In this document: in pieces, positions 38,056 through 47,572 of the stretch | How the letters are laid out: the number at the start of each line of letters is the position of its first letter | How positions within the stretch are numbered: the first letter of the stretch is position 1 | Assembly: GCA_035294265.1 (NCBI GenBank) | Contig: DATGLK010000103.1 | Location: 10,603-74,602, forward strand | Length of the DNA: 64,000 bases | DNA from: Candidatus Binataceae bacterium | GTDB lineage: Bacteria > Desulfobacterota > Binatia > Binatales > Binataceae | Reading direction: 5' to 3' | Program-made: the position numbers and the translations under genes | The notes under the pieces: generated by a model | Databases searched by the model: none | Seen by the model: the letters and a program-made list of their open reading frames with translations, nothing else | Told to the model about the DNA's origin: nothing

Positions 38056-38589
38056 CTACATCTTATACTTGAAGTCCTCGGGCGACATCTTTTCCAGAAT
38101 CTCCGCCCACTTGTCACGTGCCACTCCGGCCAGATTGCGATCTTTGGAGTCGCCCTCGACATTGGGTTGCTGCAGCTCGCTGGATACCTCGAGCACCTTT
38201 TTGGCTACATAGATCGGAGACTTGGTGCGCAGGGCCAGGGAAATCGCATCGCTGGGACGCGAATCCACTTCTACGACCCGCCCCTCGCGAGTCTTGATCA
38301 GGATGTGCGCGAAATAGGTGTTATCGCGCAGCTCGGTGACCTCCACTGCGTCCACGCTGCCCCCAAGTTCGCTGAGCAGATTGCGCAGCAGGTCGTGAGT
38401 CATCGGGCGCTGCGGCTTGATTCCTTCCAGCTCGGTGGCCATCGACGCTGCTTCCAACAAGCCAATCCAAATCGGCAGGTTCAGCTTGTTGTCCGGATCC
38501 TTGAGGACCACGATGGGCGTCTTGGTGGTCGGATCCAGCGTCAAGGCGCCAACCGTCATTAAAATGAAATCTTCTCTATGGCCGGCCAT
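38056..38589 (-). CDS. Bifunctional nuclease family protein (DUF151)
   Basis: PIVVLKD, LPIWIGLLEA, RPMTHDL, DNTYFA, DSRPSDAISLALR. Confidence 0.92.
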   Translation of the reverse strand: MAGHREDFILMTVGALTLDPTTKTPIVVLKDPDNKLNLPIWIGLLEAASMATELEGIKPQRPMTHDLLRNLLSELGGSVDAVEVTELRDNTYFAHILIKTREGRVVEVDSRPSDAISLALRTKSPIYVAKKVLEVSSELQQPNVEGDSKDRNLAGVARDKWAEILEKMSPEDFKYKM

Positions 38590-38686
38590 GATCTAACCTG
38601 CGACAACCTGAGCACTCTTCCCAGTCTAGCGTCATTGTGGACCAAACCTCCGCCGACCGTCAACCAAGCGGACGTGCCAACGGCGC

Positions 38687-40087
38687 TCAGGCGGCCACTA
38701 AACGGTCGACCACGCGGTACAGCTGGTTGAGATTACGACATTCCTGAACCACGTCGCACCATTGCCCATAGCGCGCCATCTCGCTGTCGCCAAAGCCCCA
38801 GGTATGGTGGCTCTCCGGGTTGAGCCAGATGAGTTGGCGGGCGCGCCGGCGCACCTCGCGCAAACACCAATCGTTGACGGCATTGTAATTGTTGCGCGCA
38901 TCGCCCAGCACGATCACCGTGGTCTTGCGAGTAATCGCCTCCAGATGCCCTTCCACGAAGAGCTTGAATGCGCGCCCGAAGTTGGAATGGGCGTATACAT
39001 TGATGATCTCGCCGCTCAGCGCCGCCGCCATTGCCTCTTGCGGTTGGTGATCGCGAAAGTAGGCGGTGACTTCGCCGATTTCCGCGACAAACACAAAGCT
39101 ACGCACCCGCGAATAGAGATCCTGCAGAGCGTGGACAAAATGCAACATGAAACGGGAGACATTGCGCACCGAGTCCGAAATATCGCACAGCACCACGATT
39201 TGTGGCCGCTCGCGCCGACGCCGGCTGAACACTAACTCAAAAGGAACCCCACCCCGGCTTAGGTTGCGCCGCAAGGTGCGCTGACTGTCAAAACGTGTTC
39301 GCCGCGCCCGCCGTCGCCGTAGCGCCACCACATTGCGTAGGCGTTGGGCCAGACGGGTAACCGCGGCATTCATCTCCGCCAACTCCTCGTCGGTCAGATA
39401 GGCGAAACTTTTCTCGGCCAATTGCCGTAGCCGCAAGCGCTCGCTGCCGTGGGGCTCGCGCCGCGCCCATTCGCCGCTGACGTAGCGACCGATTATTTCC
39501 TCTAGCGCCCGCATTCGCCGGCCGACATATTCCTCCCACTGCGCCCGCCCATCCACCCCTTCCAACCGTGCCACCATTCTCGCCAACGCCAGACGCAACT
39601 GCTCGATTCCCAACGCCCCGGACAACGCCGCCCCTAGATGCGCTAATTGATCCGCTCCTTCCGCGCGCTCCAGCGCGATGCGGGTGACTGCTTGGCGCAG
39701 CAGCTTTTCCACCCGCCCGCTATCGTCGCGCAACAGTGCCCATCCCAACTCCGGCAGGTCCGCGCGGTACCGAGCCAGCAGTTGCTCAATCTGCTCCAGG
39801 AATTCCTGAAACTCGCGCTCGCCTTGGGCCGTAGCTGGCCGCGCCGCCTCCGCGGCACTTTTGATGACTCCACCCAACCCGCCAAAATACAGTTCAAAGA
39901 ATTGGTCGAATAGCGGTTCATCAATCGCGCGCTTGACCATCGTGGCGCGCAGCGCCTCCCGGAACAGCTCTCGCTCTCCAACTCCCACCAGCGCACAAGC
40001 GCGGACCGCTTCGATAAGCTCGCTCACCGAGACGCGGACACCATTGCGACGCAGCAGACCGGCAAACTCAACCAGTTTGTCTTCCAT
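38687..40087 (-). CDS. VWA domain protein, CoxE-like
   Basis: FAGLLRRNGVRVS, RTLRRNL..GGVP, CDISDSV MIDAS, FVFV, TTVIVLGDARNN, IWLNPE. Confidence 0.88.
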   Translation of the reverse strand: MEDKLVEFAGLLRRNGVRVSVSELIEAVRACALVGVGERELFREALRATMVKRAIDEPLFDQFFELYFGGLGGVIKSAAEAARPATAQGEREFQEFLEQIEQLLARYRADLPELGWALLRDDSGRVEKLLRQAVTRIALERAEGADQLAHLGAALSGALGIEQLRLALARMVARLEGVDGRAQWEEYVGRRMRALEEIIGRYVSGEWARREPHGSERLRLRQLAEKSFAYLTDEELAEMNAAVTRLAQRLRNVVALRRRRARRTRFDSQRTLRRNLSRGGVPFELVFSRRRRERPQIVVLCDISDSVRNVSRFMLHFVHALQDLYSRVRSFVFVAEIGEVTAYFRDHQPQEAMAAALSGEIINVYAHSNFGRAFKLFVEGHLEAITRKTTVIVLGDARNNYNAVNDWCLREVRRRARQLIWLNPESHHTWGFGDSEMARYGQWCDVVQECRNLNQLYRVVDRLVAA

Positions 40088-40255
40088 GGCAGCGCCGCCG
40101 CTCTAGCAACAGGGTGTCGAAACAGCCATTCTGGGCGGGATTGTCACGCTGCTTAAAACAGCTCTTTGCATAAAACCTGGCCGCTTTCCCCATTCTGCTT
40201 TCGTAAAGGGAGATAAGAGGGGCACCCGACTGCGAGGACTTTTTTTCCGTGGCCT

Positions 40256-41212
40256 CTAGTTGAGCAAATCCTTGTCGTCGCTACCTTCGCTGCGTCCCGC
40301 TCGCGCCCGCTCCAAGTAAGACTTGAGTTCATGCTGGGCCTTGCGCACGTCCCCCTCGTACTTGACGATCGTATCGAGGGTCTCCGCTACCAGCCCTTCG
40401 TCTAGAGAGTTCACATTGAGCAGGGTCAGCGCGCGAATCCAATCCAGGGTCTCGCTGATACCCGGCAGCTTCTTGAGCTCCAGCTTACGTAGCCCCTGCA
40501 CCATCTGAACCACCTGCCGGCTCAAACCCTCCGCCGCGCCCGGCGCCTTGAGCTTGACGATGCGCAATTCCAGCTCGGCGCTGGGAAAGTCGATATATAG
40601 GTGCAGGCAGCGGCGCTTGAGCGCGTCGGACATTTCGCGCGCGTTGTTGGAAGTCAGCACCACCAAGGGGATATGGCGCGCTCGCAGAGTGCCCAGCTCT
40701 GGTATGGTGACTTGAAAATCGGACAGTAGCTCGAGCAAAAAAGCCTCGAACTCGCTGTCGGCTTTGTCAATCTCGTCGATCAGCAGCACCACCGGCTGCT
40801 CAGAGCGCACCGCCCGCAAAAGCGGTCGTGGCACAATGAAGTGTGGGGAGAAGAATACTTCGTCCTGGGCCGCGATCCGCTCTACCGCCTCGGCCAGCCC
40901 GCTCGCACCGGCCACAATCTCGCCGGTCTTGTCCTTAAGAATCTGAGTGTAGAGCAGTTGCTTGGCGTATTCCCATTCGTACAAAGCCTTGCTTTCATCC
41001 AGCCCCTCGTAACATTGCAGGCGTATTAGCGGGCGGGCCAACGCGCGCGCCAGCACTTTGGCCAATTCGGTCTTGCCTACTCCGGCCGGACCTTCGACCA
41101 AAATCGGTTTTTCCAAGCCTGCCGCCAAATAGACCACGGTGGCCAAACGAGCGCTGGCGATATAGCCGGCGCCGGCAAAGCGTTCAATAACTTCTTGGAT
41201 GGAACCGAACAT
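40256..41212 (-). CDS. MoxR-family AAA+ ATPase, CoxD-like
   Basis: LVEGPAGVGKTELAK Walker A, RLQCYEGLDESKALYEWEY, LLIDEIDKAD, LTSNNAREMSDALKRRC. Confidence 0.93.
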   Translation of the reverse strand: MFGSIQEVIERFAGAGYIASARLATVVYLAAGLEKPILVEGPAGVGKTELAKVLARALARPLIRLQCYEGLDESKALYEWEYAKQLLYTQILKDKTGEIVAGASGLAEAVERIAAQDEVFFSPHFIVPRPLLRAVRSEQPVVLLIDEIDKADSEFEAFLLELLSDFQVTIPELGTLRARHIPLVVLTSNNAREMSDALKRRCLHLYIDFPSAELELRIVKLKAPGAAEGLSRQVVQMVQGLRKLELKKLPGISETLDWIRALTLLNVNSLDEGLVAETLDTIVKYEGDVRKAQHELKSYLERARAGRSEGSDDKDLLN

Positions 41213-41260
41213 CGCCCCTCCCAGCTCCCTGGCGTAAACCGACCGGCTGGCTCATCGATT

Positions 41261-42472
41261 CTATATGTGGAGCTCCTCCGGTACCAAGTGGCCTAAAGTG
41301 AAGCGCGCACGCGTCAGCGCGCTTGCGTCCAGCGCCCCGTAACTGCCACGCACGATTAGTTCGGCTATCGCCTGTGCCGCGCCCCAGGATTGCATCACGC
41401 CGCGCCCGCTGAACGAGTGCGCCTCATAGACCCGTGCGCAGACCGGGCCGACAATCGCACTGCGGTCGGGACTGACGGCGTACAGGCCCGCCCACCCGCC
41501 TACATGTCGTAGCCGTTCGCAGCAACTCATGCGGGCGTACAGCCGCGGCCAGATCTCGCCCATAAAAAACTCCTCGCCATCGTAGCGAAAGGAGTAGCCC
41601 GCCGGTTCCTCAGGCGGCGAGTAGCCGGCCAGAATATGGGTTCCTTCGTTGTGAAAATACAGGCCCGAGGTATCCACGATCATGCCGTACGCCGCCAAAT
41701 CGGTGAGTCGATTATCAATCAGGCAGACTTGGCGGCGCACCGCTTCGCTGGGAGTCTCCACACCCAACAACTTCAAAAGCTGGGGCGACCACGCACCCGC
41801 TGCGATAATCAGCCGCTCGGCGCGCAACTCAATTTTGCGCCCCGCCGGCTCCTGCGGCCTGCCCTGGGGCGCCAGCAAGCGACTCAGATCAGCGTCGGAC
41901 AGCGGCTGCGCTGCCTGCCAGCATTCAACCCGTACCTCGTCGCCTTCAAGCGCGATGTTCTCCACGAACATCCGATCCAGGTAGCGCGCTCCCAAAGCCC
42001 GCGAGCGCGCGCGGTAATGCTCCTTCAACAGGTTGGAATTGATCAGTCCGTCACGCGGCGAGAAGGTCGCGCCCGCGATCCCCTCCACTCGATCGATTTC
42101 CGGTACCCGCTGCGTCACCTGCGCCGCGGTCAGGGTCTGGATCGGATGGCCCAGCTCGCGCTGTAGCGTCAGATGCGCACACGCCTTGCTAAAGGTCCGC
42201 TCGTCGTACAGCCACAGGTAGCCCCTTTGCCGGAAACCTACCTCACTCGCGATTTTTTCGTAATACTCGATCGACGCCCGGCACAGCGCGATATTGACCG
42301 GTTGCCACCAAGTCGCGCGCACCCCACCGGCGTTTTTTTCGCTCGAGCTCAGCCGCCCCGCCAAATCGACGTCGATTACCAAGCAGCTCATCCCCCGTTC
42401 GCCCAAGGCCATCGCCAACGCGCTGCCGATAATTCCCGCTCCGACAATAAGAGCTTCCTCTCGGATGGCCAT
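41261..42472 (-). CDS. FAD-dependent oxidoreductase (DAO/sarcosine oxidase beta family)
   Basis: IVGAGIIG, SSEKNAGGVR, FRQRGYLWL, IAAGAWS, WAGLY...PDRSAIVG, FSGRGVMQS. Confidence 0.88.
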   Translation of the reverse strand: MAIREEALIVGAGIIGSALAMALGERGMSCLVIDVDLAGRLSSSEKNAGGVRATWWQPVNIALCRASIEYYEKIASEVGFRQRGYLWLYDERTFSKACAHLTLQRELGHPIQTLTAAQVTQRVPEIDRVEGIAGATFSPRDGLINSNLLKEHYRARSRALGARYLDRMFVENIALEGDEVRVECWQAAQPLSDADLSRLLAPQGRPQEPAGRKIELRAERLIIAAGAWSPQLLKLLGVETPSEAVRRQVCLIDNRLTDLAAYGMIVDTSGLYFHNEGTHILAGYSPPEEPAGYSFRYDGEEFFMGEIWPRLYARMSCCERLRHVGGWAGLYAVSPDRSAIVGPVCARVYEAHSFSGRGVMQSWGAAQAIAELIVRGSYGALDASALTRARFTLGHLVPEELHI

Positions 42473-42525
42473 ACCTGCAGGCTATCACGCCCGCTAGCCG
42501 TGGCGCAGTCCGCCGAGCCGGATCT

Positions 42526-43359
42526 TCAGCTCCGCTCGCGCCCGGCCCGCTCGTGGTCCAGCATCGCGCGCCGCCCGCCCAGGGAGAAGCTGTAGGCGAT
42601 CGCGCGACTGATATACTGTTTAGCTTGCTGCACCGCTTCCAACCCATCCGCGCCGCGCGCCAGGTAGGCCGCAATTGCCGCTGAAAACGCGCAGCCCGTA
42701 CCGTGAGGATCGACTCCTGGCACCCGCAGTGCACTCAGCTCGTGAAAGCTTTTGCCATCGAAGTACAGGTCAAGCGCAGGCTGCTCGCCCCCCAGATGGC
42801 CCCCCTTGATCACGATTGCGTGTGGCCCCATCTCATGAAGCACCCGCGCCGCCCGGCGCATTCCTGCCATGTCACTCACCGGCACTGCGCTGAGCAACTC
42901 GGCTTCGGCGAGATTGGGCGTAAGGATCGTCGTCAGTGGCAGCAGGCGCTCGCGCATAATGGTTTCGCCTGCGGGTTCGCTAAGCCGCATCCCGCTGCTC
43001 GAGACCAGCACCGGATCTAGGACGATCGGCCCCAGCGCTTGTTCCTCCAGCGCGCGCGCCACCACCTCGACTACCGCCGCATTACCCAAGGCACCGAGTT
43101 TGACTGCACTCACGGCACACTGTCCAACCGCGGCTTCTATCTGAGCCCTAACCAACTGCGGCTCAACCGATGCCCAAGTATAGACCCGATCACTATCCTG
43201 GGCTGTGATCAGAGTAATTACCGACAAGCCATAGACTGCAAGCGAGCTCAGGGTTTTTAGATCCGCCTGGGCGCCGCCCCCCGCGCTCGGATCGCTTCCG
43301 GCGATACTAAGTACGCAAGTTCGAGGCAGGCGGGTCGGGCTGGCGCTCATCGGCGACAT
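42526..43359 (-). CDS. thiD: Hydroxymethylpyrimidine/phosphomethylpyrimidine kinase
   Basis: VLSIAGSDPSAGGGAQADLK, ITAQ, VKLGAL, VLDPVLVSSSG, LTPNLAEA, IKGGH, HGTGCAFSAAIAA. Start inferred at 43359. Confidence 0.92.
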   Translation of the reverse strand: MSPMSASPTRLPRTCVLSIAGSDPSAGGGAQADLKTLSSLAVYGLSVITLITAQDSDRVYTWASVEPQLVRAQIEAAVGQCAVSAVKLGALGNAAVVEVVARALEEQALGPIVLDPVLVSSSGMRLSEPAGETIMRERLLPLTTILTPNLAEAELLSAVPVSDMAGMRRAARVLHEMGPHAIVIKGGHLGGEQPALDLYFDGKSFHELSALRVPGVDPHGTGCAFSAAIAAYLARGADGLEAVQQAKQYISRAIAYSFSLGGRRAMLDHERAGRERS

Positions 43360-43445
43360 TTTTCCCAAGGCGTCATCACGTAAATTTATCATGTTTTCCC
43401 GCTCGGTGCGTCTGATTGCCGATGCGGCTGTCAAGTGTTTTGATG

Positions 43446-43595
43446 TCTTGAGAAGTTGCAAGGTTGACTTGATCAGGTTCGGAGCGCGAGCGTATCTTGC
43501 CCTCACAGGATGCCGAGAAACCCCGTCCGGGGCGACCGTACGCTTGAAAGCGCCCCTTGGCGTGGGGCTCTCGACCTGCAAAATGGCTTCTTCCT
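43446..43595 (+). ncRNA. ssrS: Probable 6S RNA (ssrS)-like rod-shaped RNA
   Basis: Nested pairings AGAAG/CTTCT, TTGCA/TGCAA, GGTTGA/TCGACC, then a central bubble, then GGAGCGC/GCGCCCC, GAGCGTA/TACGCTT, TTGCCC/GGGCGA. G-U wobbles favour the + strand. The layout resembles 6S RNA as recalled; no covariance search was run. Confidence 0.55.
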
Positions 43596-43697
43596 CCTTA
43601 TCTTTTTGCCCTGACCGGGGTGGATTAGGAGGAATGCGGGCCACGAAGAGTTTGGCTGCTACCAACTGGCCTACCGCGGGCGCGGTGTGGATGGTTT

Positions 43698-45407
43698 ATG
43701 TCGATACGCGGCGAATCGGAATTTCTTCACCTGCCCTTCCAGGACAAGCTGGATTTTCTCTACGGCTTGCCCGCTCGCCACAAGCGCGACCTCATTCTGT
43801 CAGCGCCCGAAGCCGAGCAGCTGGTGCGCTCCTTCGCCCCCGAAACGCTTTTCTATACGCTCAAGGAAATTGGCAGCGCCGATGCCGGCGATCTGCTTGG
43901 CTTGGCCGCGCCCGAGCAGGTCAAAGGCCTGTTCGATCTCGACTGCTGGAACAAGGACCGGGTTAATTTCGCCCGCATGCGCGAATGGATCGAAGCGATG
44001 GCCGAGGGCGGCCGCCGTCATCTGGCCGAAGCCGTGATGGAACTGGATCTGGAGCTGGTGGCACTGCTTCTGCGCCGCTATTTGCGGGTCCATCGCCTCG
44101 ACGAAAACCGTAGCGAATTCGATCTTCCCTCTGAGCAAGTAGTACGCTTCGACGAGCAATACGCGGTGGAATTTATCCGCCACGACAACATCCTACCTCT
44201 GCTTCAGGAATTTCTCGAAGAGGCCTTCGAGCGCGACTACGATTACTTCAGCAATCTGTTGGACGAAGTTTACTGGGGTATTGACGCCGAACTGGAAGAA
44301 CAGGCCTATCAGTTCCGCCGCGCCCGCCTCAACGACCGCGGCTTTCCCGATTTTTTCGAGGCCCAGCGCGTCTTCGCCTACATCGACCCGGCCCAGTTCG
44401 AGCGCTTACGACATGACTACGCCCCACCCGATCGCGAGGGCGACACCTTGGAGTCCGAGGCCTTGGACACCGCGATGGTGGCGCCCGGCACTGCCGATGG
44501 GTCGCTCTTCAACGCCGCTCTGACGGCTGGCTTCGCCGCTCAGGGCAAGCGCCAGATCCGCACCGAAATCGCGCTGGTCACCAACCAGGTGCTGGTCGCC
44601 CGCAATATCGACTTCGGCGACGCCGAGGCGGTGCGCCTGGCAGTCGAATCCACTCACCATTATCTCAATCTCAGCCTCGAACACCTAGCCGGCGGTGATT
44701 TGCGCACCGCGATCGACTACCTGCGCAATACCCATCTCCATCTGCTCTTCCGCCTGGGGCTCAGCCTTACTATCGACCTGCGCAAGCGTGCCGAGGCTTT
44801 GCTGCGCGCCTTGGGCCTGACTCCCGGCAAAATCACCAGCGTGCCGTATCTGGATTCCCCCTACCGCGAGGCGCTGGAAGGTTTTCTGCGGCCTGCTCCG
44901 CTCTACTTCTCGGGGCTCGACGGCGAGGGCGCGGTCGTGCTGCGCGACTTCCGCGACATGCGCGATCTACATACTGCTCACGGTATCCTGGAACAGCTCG
45001 AACAGCTCCCCGCGCTCTTCTCCCGGCTGCTCGCGGTCGACCTCGCCGCGGCCAATTTTCGCGCTCAAACCGCCGGCCGCGACATCCGGCTGAGCCAACT
45101 CCTGCTCACCGCCTTGGTCAATCAGGCCTTGGACGGCCGCCTGTCACCCCAACCCATCCTCGCCTCCCGCTTGGGTGTGGTGCGTAACCGGATTATGACC
45201 GGTGATCAGCCCGCCCACCTGGCAGCCGGCTTTCGCGCCCTGGTTAACGAAAGTGTGACCGCCCATCTCGACGCCGCCACCGCTAAGCGCAGCGCACCCT
45301 ACATCAATTCCTGTTTGAGCCTGCTCGAGGACGAGTTAACCGAATTACCCGCCGCCACGCCGCCAGACCCACGCTTTATCCGCGCTCTTTTGCTCCGTCA
45401 GGACTGA
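43698..45407 (+). CDS. DUF6178 family protein
   Basis: 569-aa helical ORF: LFYTLKEIG..DA..LL, LFDLDCWNKD, EEQAYQFRRARLNDRGFPDF..A, YLNLSLE.L, LFRLGLS. Family call is from memory. Confidence 0.65.
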   Translation: MSIRGESEFLHLPFQDKLDFLYGLPARHKRDLILSAPEAEQLVRSFAPETLFYTLKEIGSADAGDLLGLAAPEQVKGLFDLDCWNKDRVNFARMREWIEAMAEGGRRHLAEAVMELDLELVALLLRRYLRVHRLDENRSEFDLPSEQVVRFDEQYAVEFIRHDNILPLLQEFLEEAFERDYDYFSNLLDEVYWGIDAELEEQAYQFRRARLNDRGFPDFFEAQRVFAYIDPAQFERLRHDYAPPDREGDTLESEALDTAMVAPGTADGSLFNAALTAGFAAQGKRQIRTEIALVTNQVLVARNIDFGDAEAVRLAVESTHHYLNLSLEHLAGGDLRTAIDYLRNTHLHLLFRLGLSLTIDLRKRAEALLRALGLTPGKITSVPYLDSPYREALEGFLRPAPLYFSGLDGEGAVVLRDFRDMRDLHTAHGILEQLEQLPALFSRLLAVDLAAANFRAQTAGRDIRLSQLLLTALVNQALDGRLSPQPILASRLGVVRNRIMTGDQPAHLAAGFRALVNESVTAHLDAATAKRSAPYINSCLSLLEDELTELPAATPPDPRFIRALLLRQD

Positions 45408-45628
45408 ATGTGGCCCCGACAAGCGCGGCGCCAAGCGCAGCGGCGGCATCCTTGTTGCTTACGCGTCACGCCGGTTGCCAAATTCAGCGAGCGGCGATTG
45501 CCCGCTCTGCACTAGAGTGGGCTAGGAATACAAAATCTTCGACGCCAATCGATTACGTCAAGCGGCGTCCGATCTAAGCCAACCGCAGTTTTCACAACTG
45601 CTTGTGAAGATTTTTTCGGCGGCCGGCG

Positions 45629-46252
45629 TTAGGAAAACATCTGCGGCTCGCGGCTGTTAAGGATACTCAGCCCGCGATAGACGTACTGCAAGCCCGAGAG
45701 CGCGGTCATGCAGACCGTGGCATAAATCAAAACATGCCAGGGCACCCGGTGATGTGCACTCAGCGGCCATTCTAGCAGAGCCGCCACGATACAACCCAAT
45801 TCCAGCACCGTGCATATTTTGCCCGCATAGCTGGGCCGTACCGGAATGCGCTCTCCAATGAAAAACGCGACCATCAGATAGCCGAAGACCACCACAACGT
45901 CGCGCAAGACCACGGCACCAAGCAACCAGCCCGGAATCAACCGTTCGATCGCCAGTACCACAAAGGAGCTGAGGAGTAGGAGCTTGTCTGCAAAGGGATC
46001 AAGAAAGGCACCCAGCTCGGTACGCGAGCCGCCCCAACGCGCCAGGGTCCCGTCTAGGCCATCGGTCAGTGCAGCTGCCAGAAACAGGATCAGTGCCGCT
46101 TCCAAGCGTCGCTTTTCCAACAGAGCCAGGAAGAAGGGAATAGCCAGAATCCTGCAAAAGGTCAGGAAGTTGGGTAGATTCAGCAACTTGCGGCTTAGCG
46201 CTACTCCGCCGGCCGTGGCTTGTGCGCGCACCAATGGAGCCTTGGAAGTCAC
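45629..46252 (-). CDS. CDP-alcohol phosphatidyltransferase (PgsA-like)
   Basis: GGAGGAG RBS with GTG at 46252. NLPNFLTFCR, TDGLDGTLAR...GAFLDPFADK signature. Confidence 0.9.
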   Translation of the reverse strand: MTSKAPLVRAQATAGGVALSRKLLNLPNFLTFCRILAIPFFLALLEKRRLEAALILFLAAALTDGLDGTLARWGGSRTELGAFLDPFADKLLLLSSFVVLAIERLIPGWLLGAVVLRDVVVVFGYLMVAFFIGERIPVRPSYAGKICTVLELGCIVAALLEWPLSAHHRVPWHVLIYATVCMTALSGLQYVYRGLSILNSREPQMFS

Positions 46253-46259
46253 GCTCCTC

Positions 46260-47558
46260 CTAGCTTGCCGCCTGACCCGCCGCCTTGCGCAGCCGCCCGG
46301 CCATCGAATGGGTGACCAGCGCCCGCATCCGCACTCCCGTGGCGTCATACTCTTCGCTCAGCACCTTGCCTTCACGGCGTGCTGCCGCCACCAGATCGCC
46401 TCGACTGACAGGTAGCGTCACCTCTACTTCCTCGCTCAAGCGGGTGAAGAATCTCGCCACCAACGCTCGCAGATCGTCAATCCCCTGCCCGCTCAGCGCG
46501 CTGATCGAAACCGCCTGCTCCCGGTACAGCCACGGCGTCGTAACCGCTCCCAAGTCGGCCTTGTTGAAAACCATCAGACGCGGGGTCGTACCCGCCCCGA
46601 TCTCATCGAGCACCCCTTCGACCACCTCAATCTGCTCGCTTAGGCGCGGCGAATTGCCATCCACCACGTGAAGCAGCAGATTGGCCGTGCGCACTTCTTC
46701 CAGGGTGGCCTTGAAGGCCTCGATCAGCAGATGGGGCAGGCGATCGACAAAGCCCACGGTATCGCTGAGCATCACGCTGCTACCGCCGGGGAGTTTCAGA
46801 CGCCGAATGGTCGGATCCAGTGTCGAGAACGGCCGATTGGCGACCTCGACCTGCGCGCTCGTAAGCGCATTCATCAAGGTAGATTTGCCCGAGTTGGTGT
46901 AACCCACCAGGGCCACTGCGGGATAGGGCACATCCAGGCGGCGTTGACGCTGCAAGGCACGGGTCCGCGCTACTTCCTTCAGTCGTCGGCGCAAGCGCAC
47001 CAGCCGCTCGCTCAACCGGCGTCGATCTATTTCCAGCTGGGTCTCGCCCGGTCCGCGACTGCCGATCGCGCCCCCACCTAATCGCGACAGATGGGTCCAT
47101 TGCCGCGTCAAGCGAGGCTGCAGATAGCTCAGTTGAGCAACTTCGACTTGTAGCTTGCCCGCCTGAGTGCGCGCCCTTTGCGCGAAAATATCCAAGATTA
47201 GCTGCGTGCGATCTATCACACGCACATTGAGTTCGCGCTCCAGGTTGCGCGCCTGGGCCGGGGAGAGGCTCTGATCGAATATTACCAGGTTAGCTGCGCG
47301 CTCGTTGGCCAAGTCGCGCAATTCCCTCACCTTGCCGGCGCCGATCAGGGTGCGTGGATCGATCTCCTTGAGGCTCTGAAACAGCTTTCCTGCCACTGTC
47401 GCACCAGCGCTTTGCGCCAGTTCACCCAGTTCCAACAGCAAATCCTGGGCTGCGCCGCGAGCATCACCTGCCACCGCCACGCCCACCAAAATGGCCCGTT
47501 CGTGGCCTCTTGCTAATGCTTGGTCGGGCAGAAACCCTCCTTCAGACGATAGGTTCAC
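46260..47558 (-). CDS. hflX: Ribosome-splitting GTPase HflX
   Basis: IGAGKV, DRTQLILDIFAQRART..GKLQVE, GPGETQLEIDRR, VGYTNSGKST, FSTLDPT, DTVGF, NKAD. Confidence 0.96.
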   Translation of the reverse strand: MNLSSEGGFLPDQALARGHERAILVGVAVAGDARGAAQDLLLELGELAQSAGATVAGKLFQSLKEIDPRTLIGAGKVRELRDLANERAANLVIFDQSLSPAQARNLERELNVRVIDRTQLILDIFAQRARTQAGKLQVEVAQLSYLQPRLTRQWTHLSRLGGGAIGSRGPGETQLEIDRRRLSERLVRLRRRLKEVARTRALQRQRRLDVPYPAVALVGYTNSGKSTLMNALTSAQVEVANRPFSTLDPTIRRLKLPGGSSVMLSDTVGFVDRLPHLLIEAFKATLEEVRTANLLLHVVDGNSPRLSEQIEVVEGVLDEIGAGTTPRLMVFNKADLGAVTTPWLYREQAVSISALSGQGIDDLRALVARFFTRLSEEVEVTLPVSRGDLVAAARREGKVLSEEYDATGVRMRALVTHSMAGRLRKAAGQAAS

Positions 47559-47572
47559 TCAGTCGCATCCTA

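Noticed and set aside
43455-43560. Functional TPP riboswitch upstream of thiD
   Set aside because: GAACCTGATC and a P5-like stem are present, but the UGAGA junction and the P4 partner (CGNAGG) are missing. Wobble pairs favour the opposite strand, so it is kept only as a side hypothesis.
43360-43665. N-terminal extension of thiD (379-aa ORF)
   Set aside because: It has no ThiD similarity and spans the structured RNA, so it is an open frame by chance.
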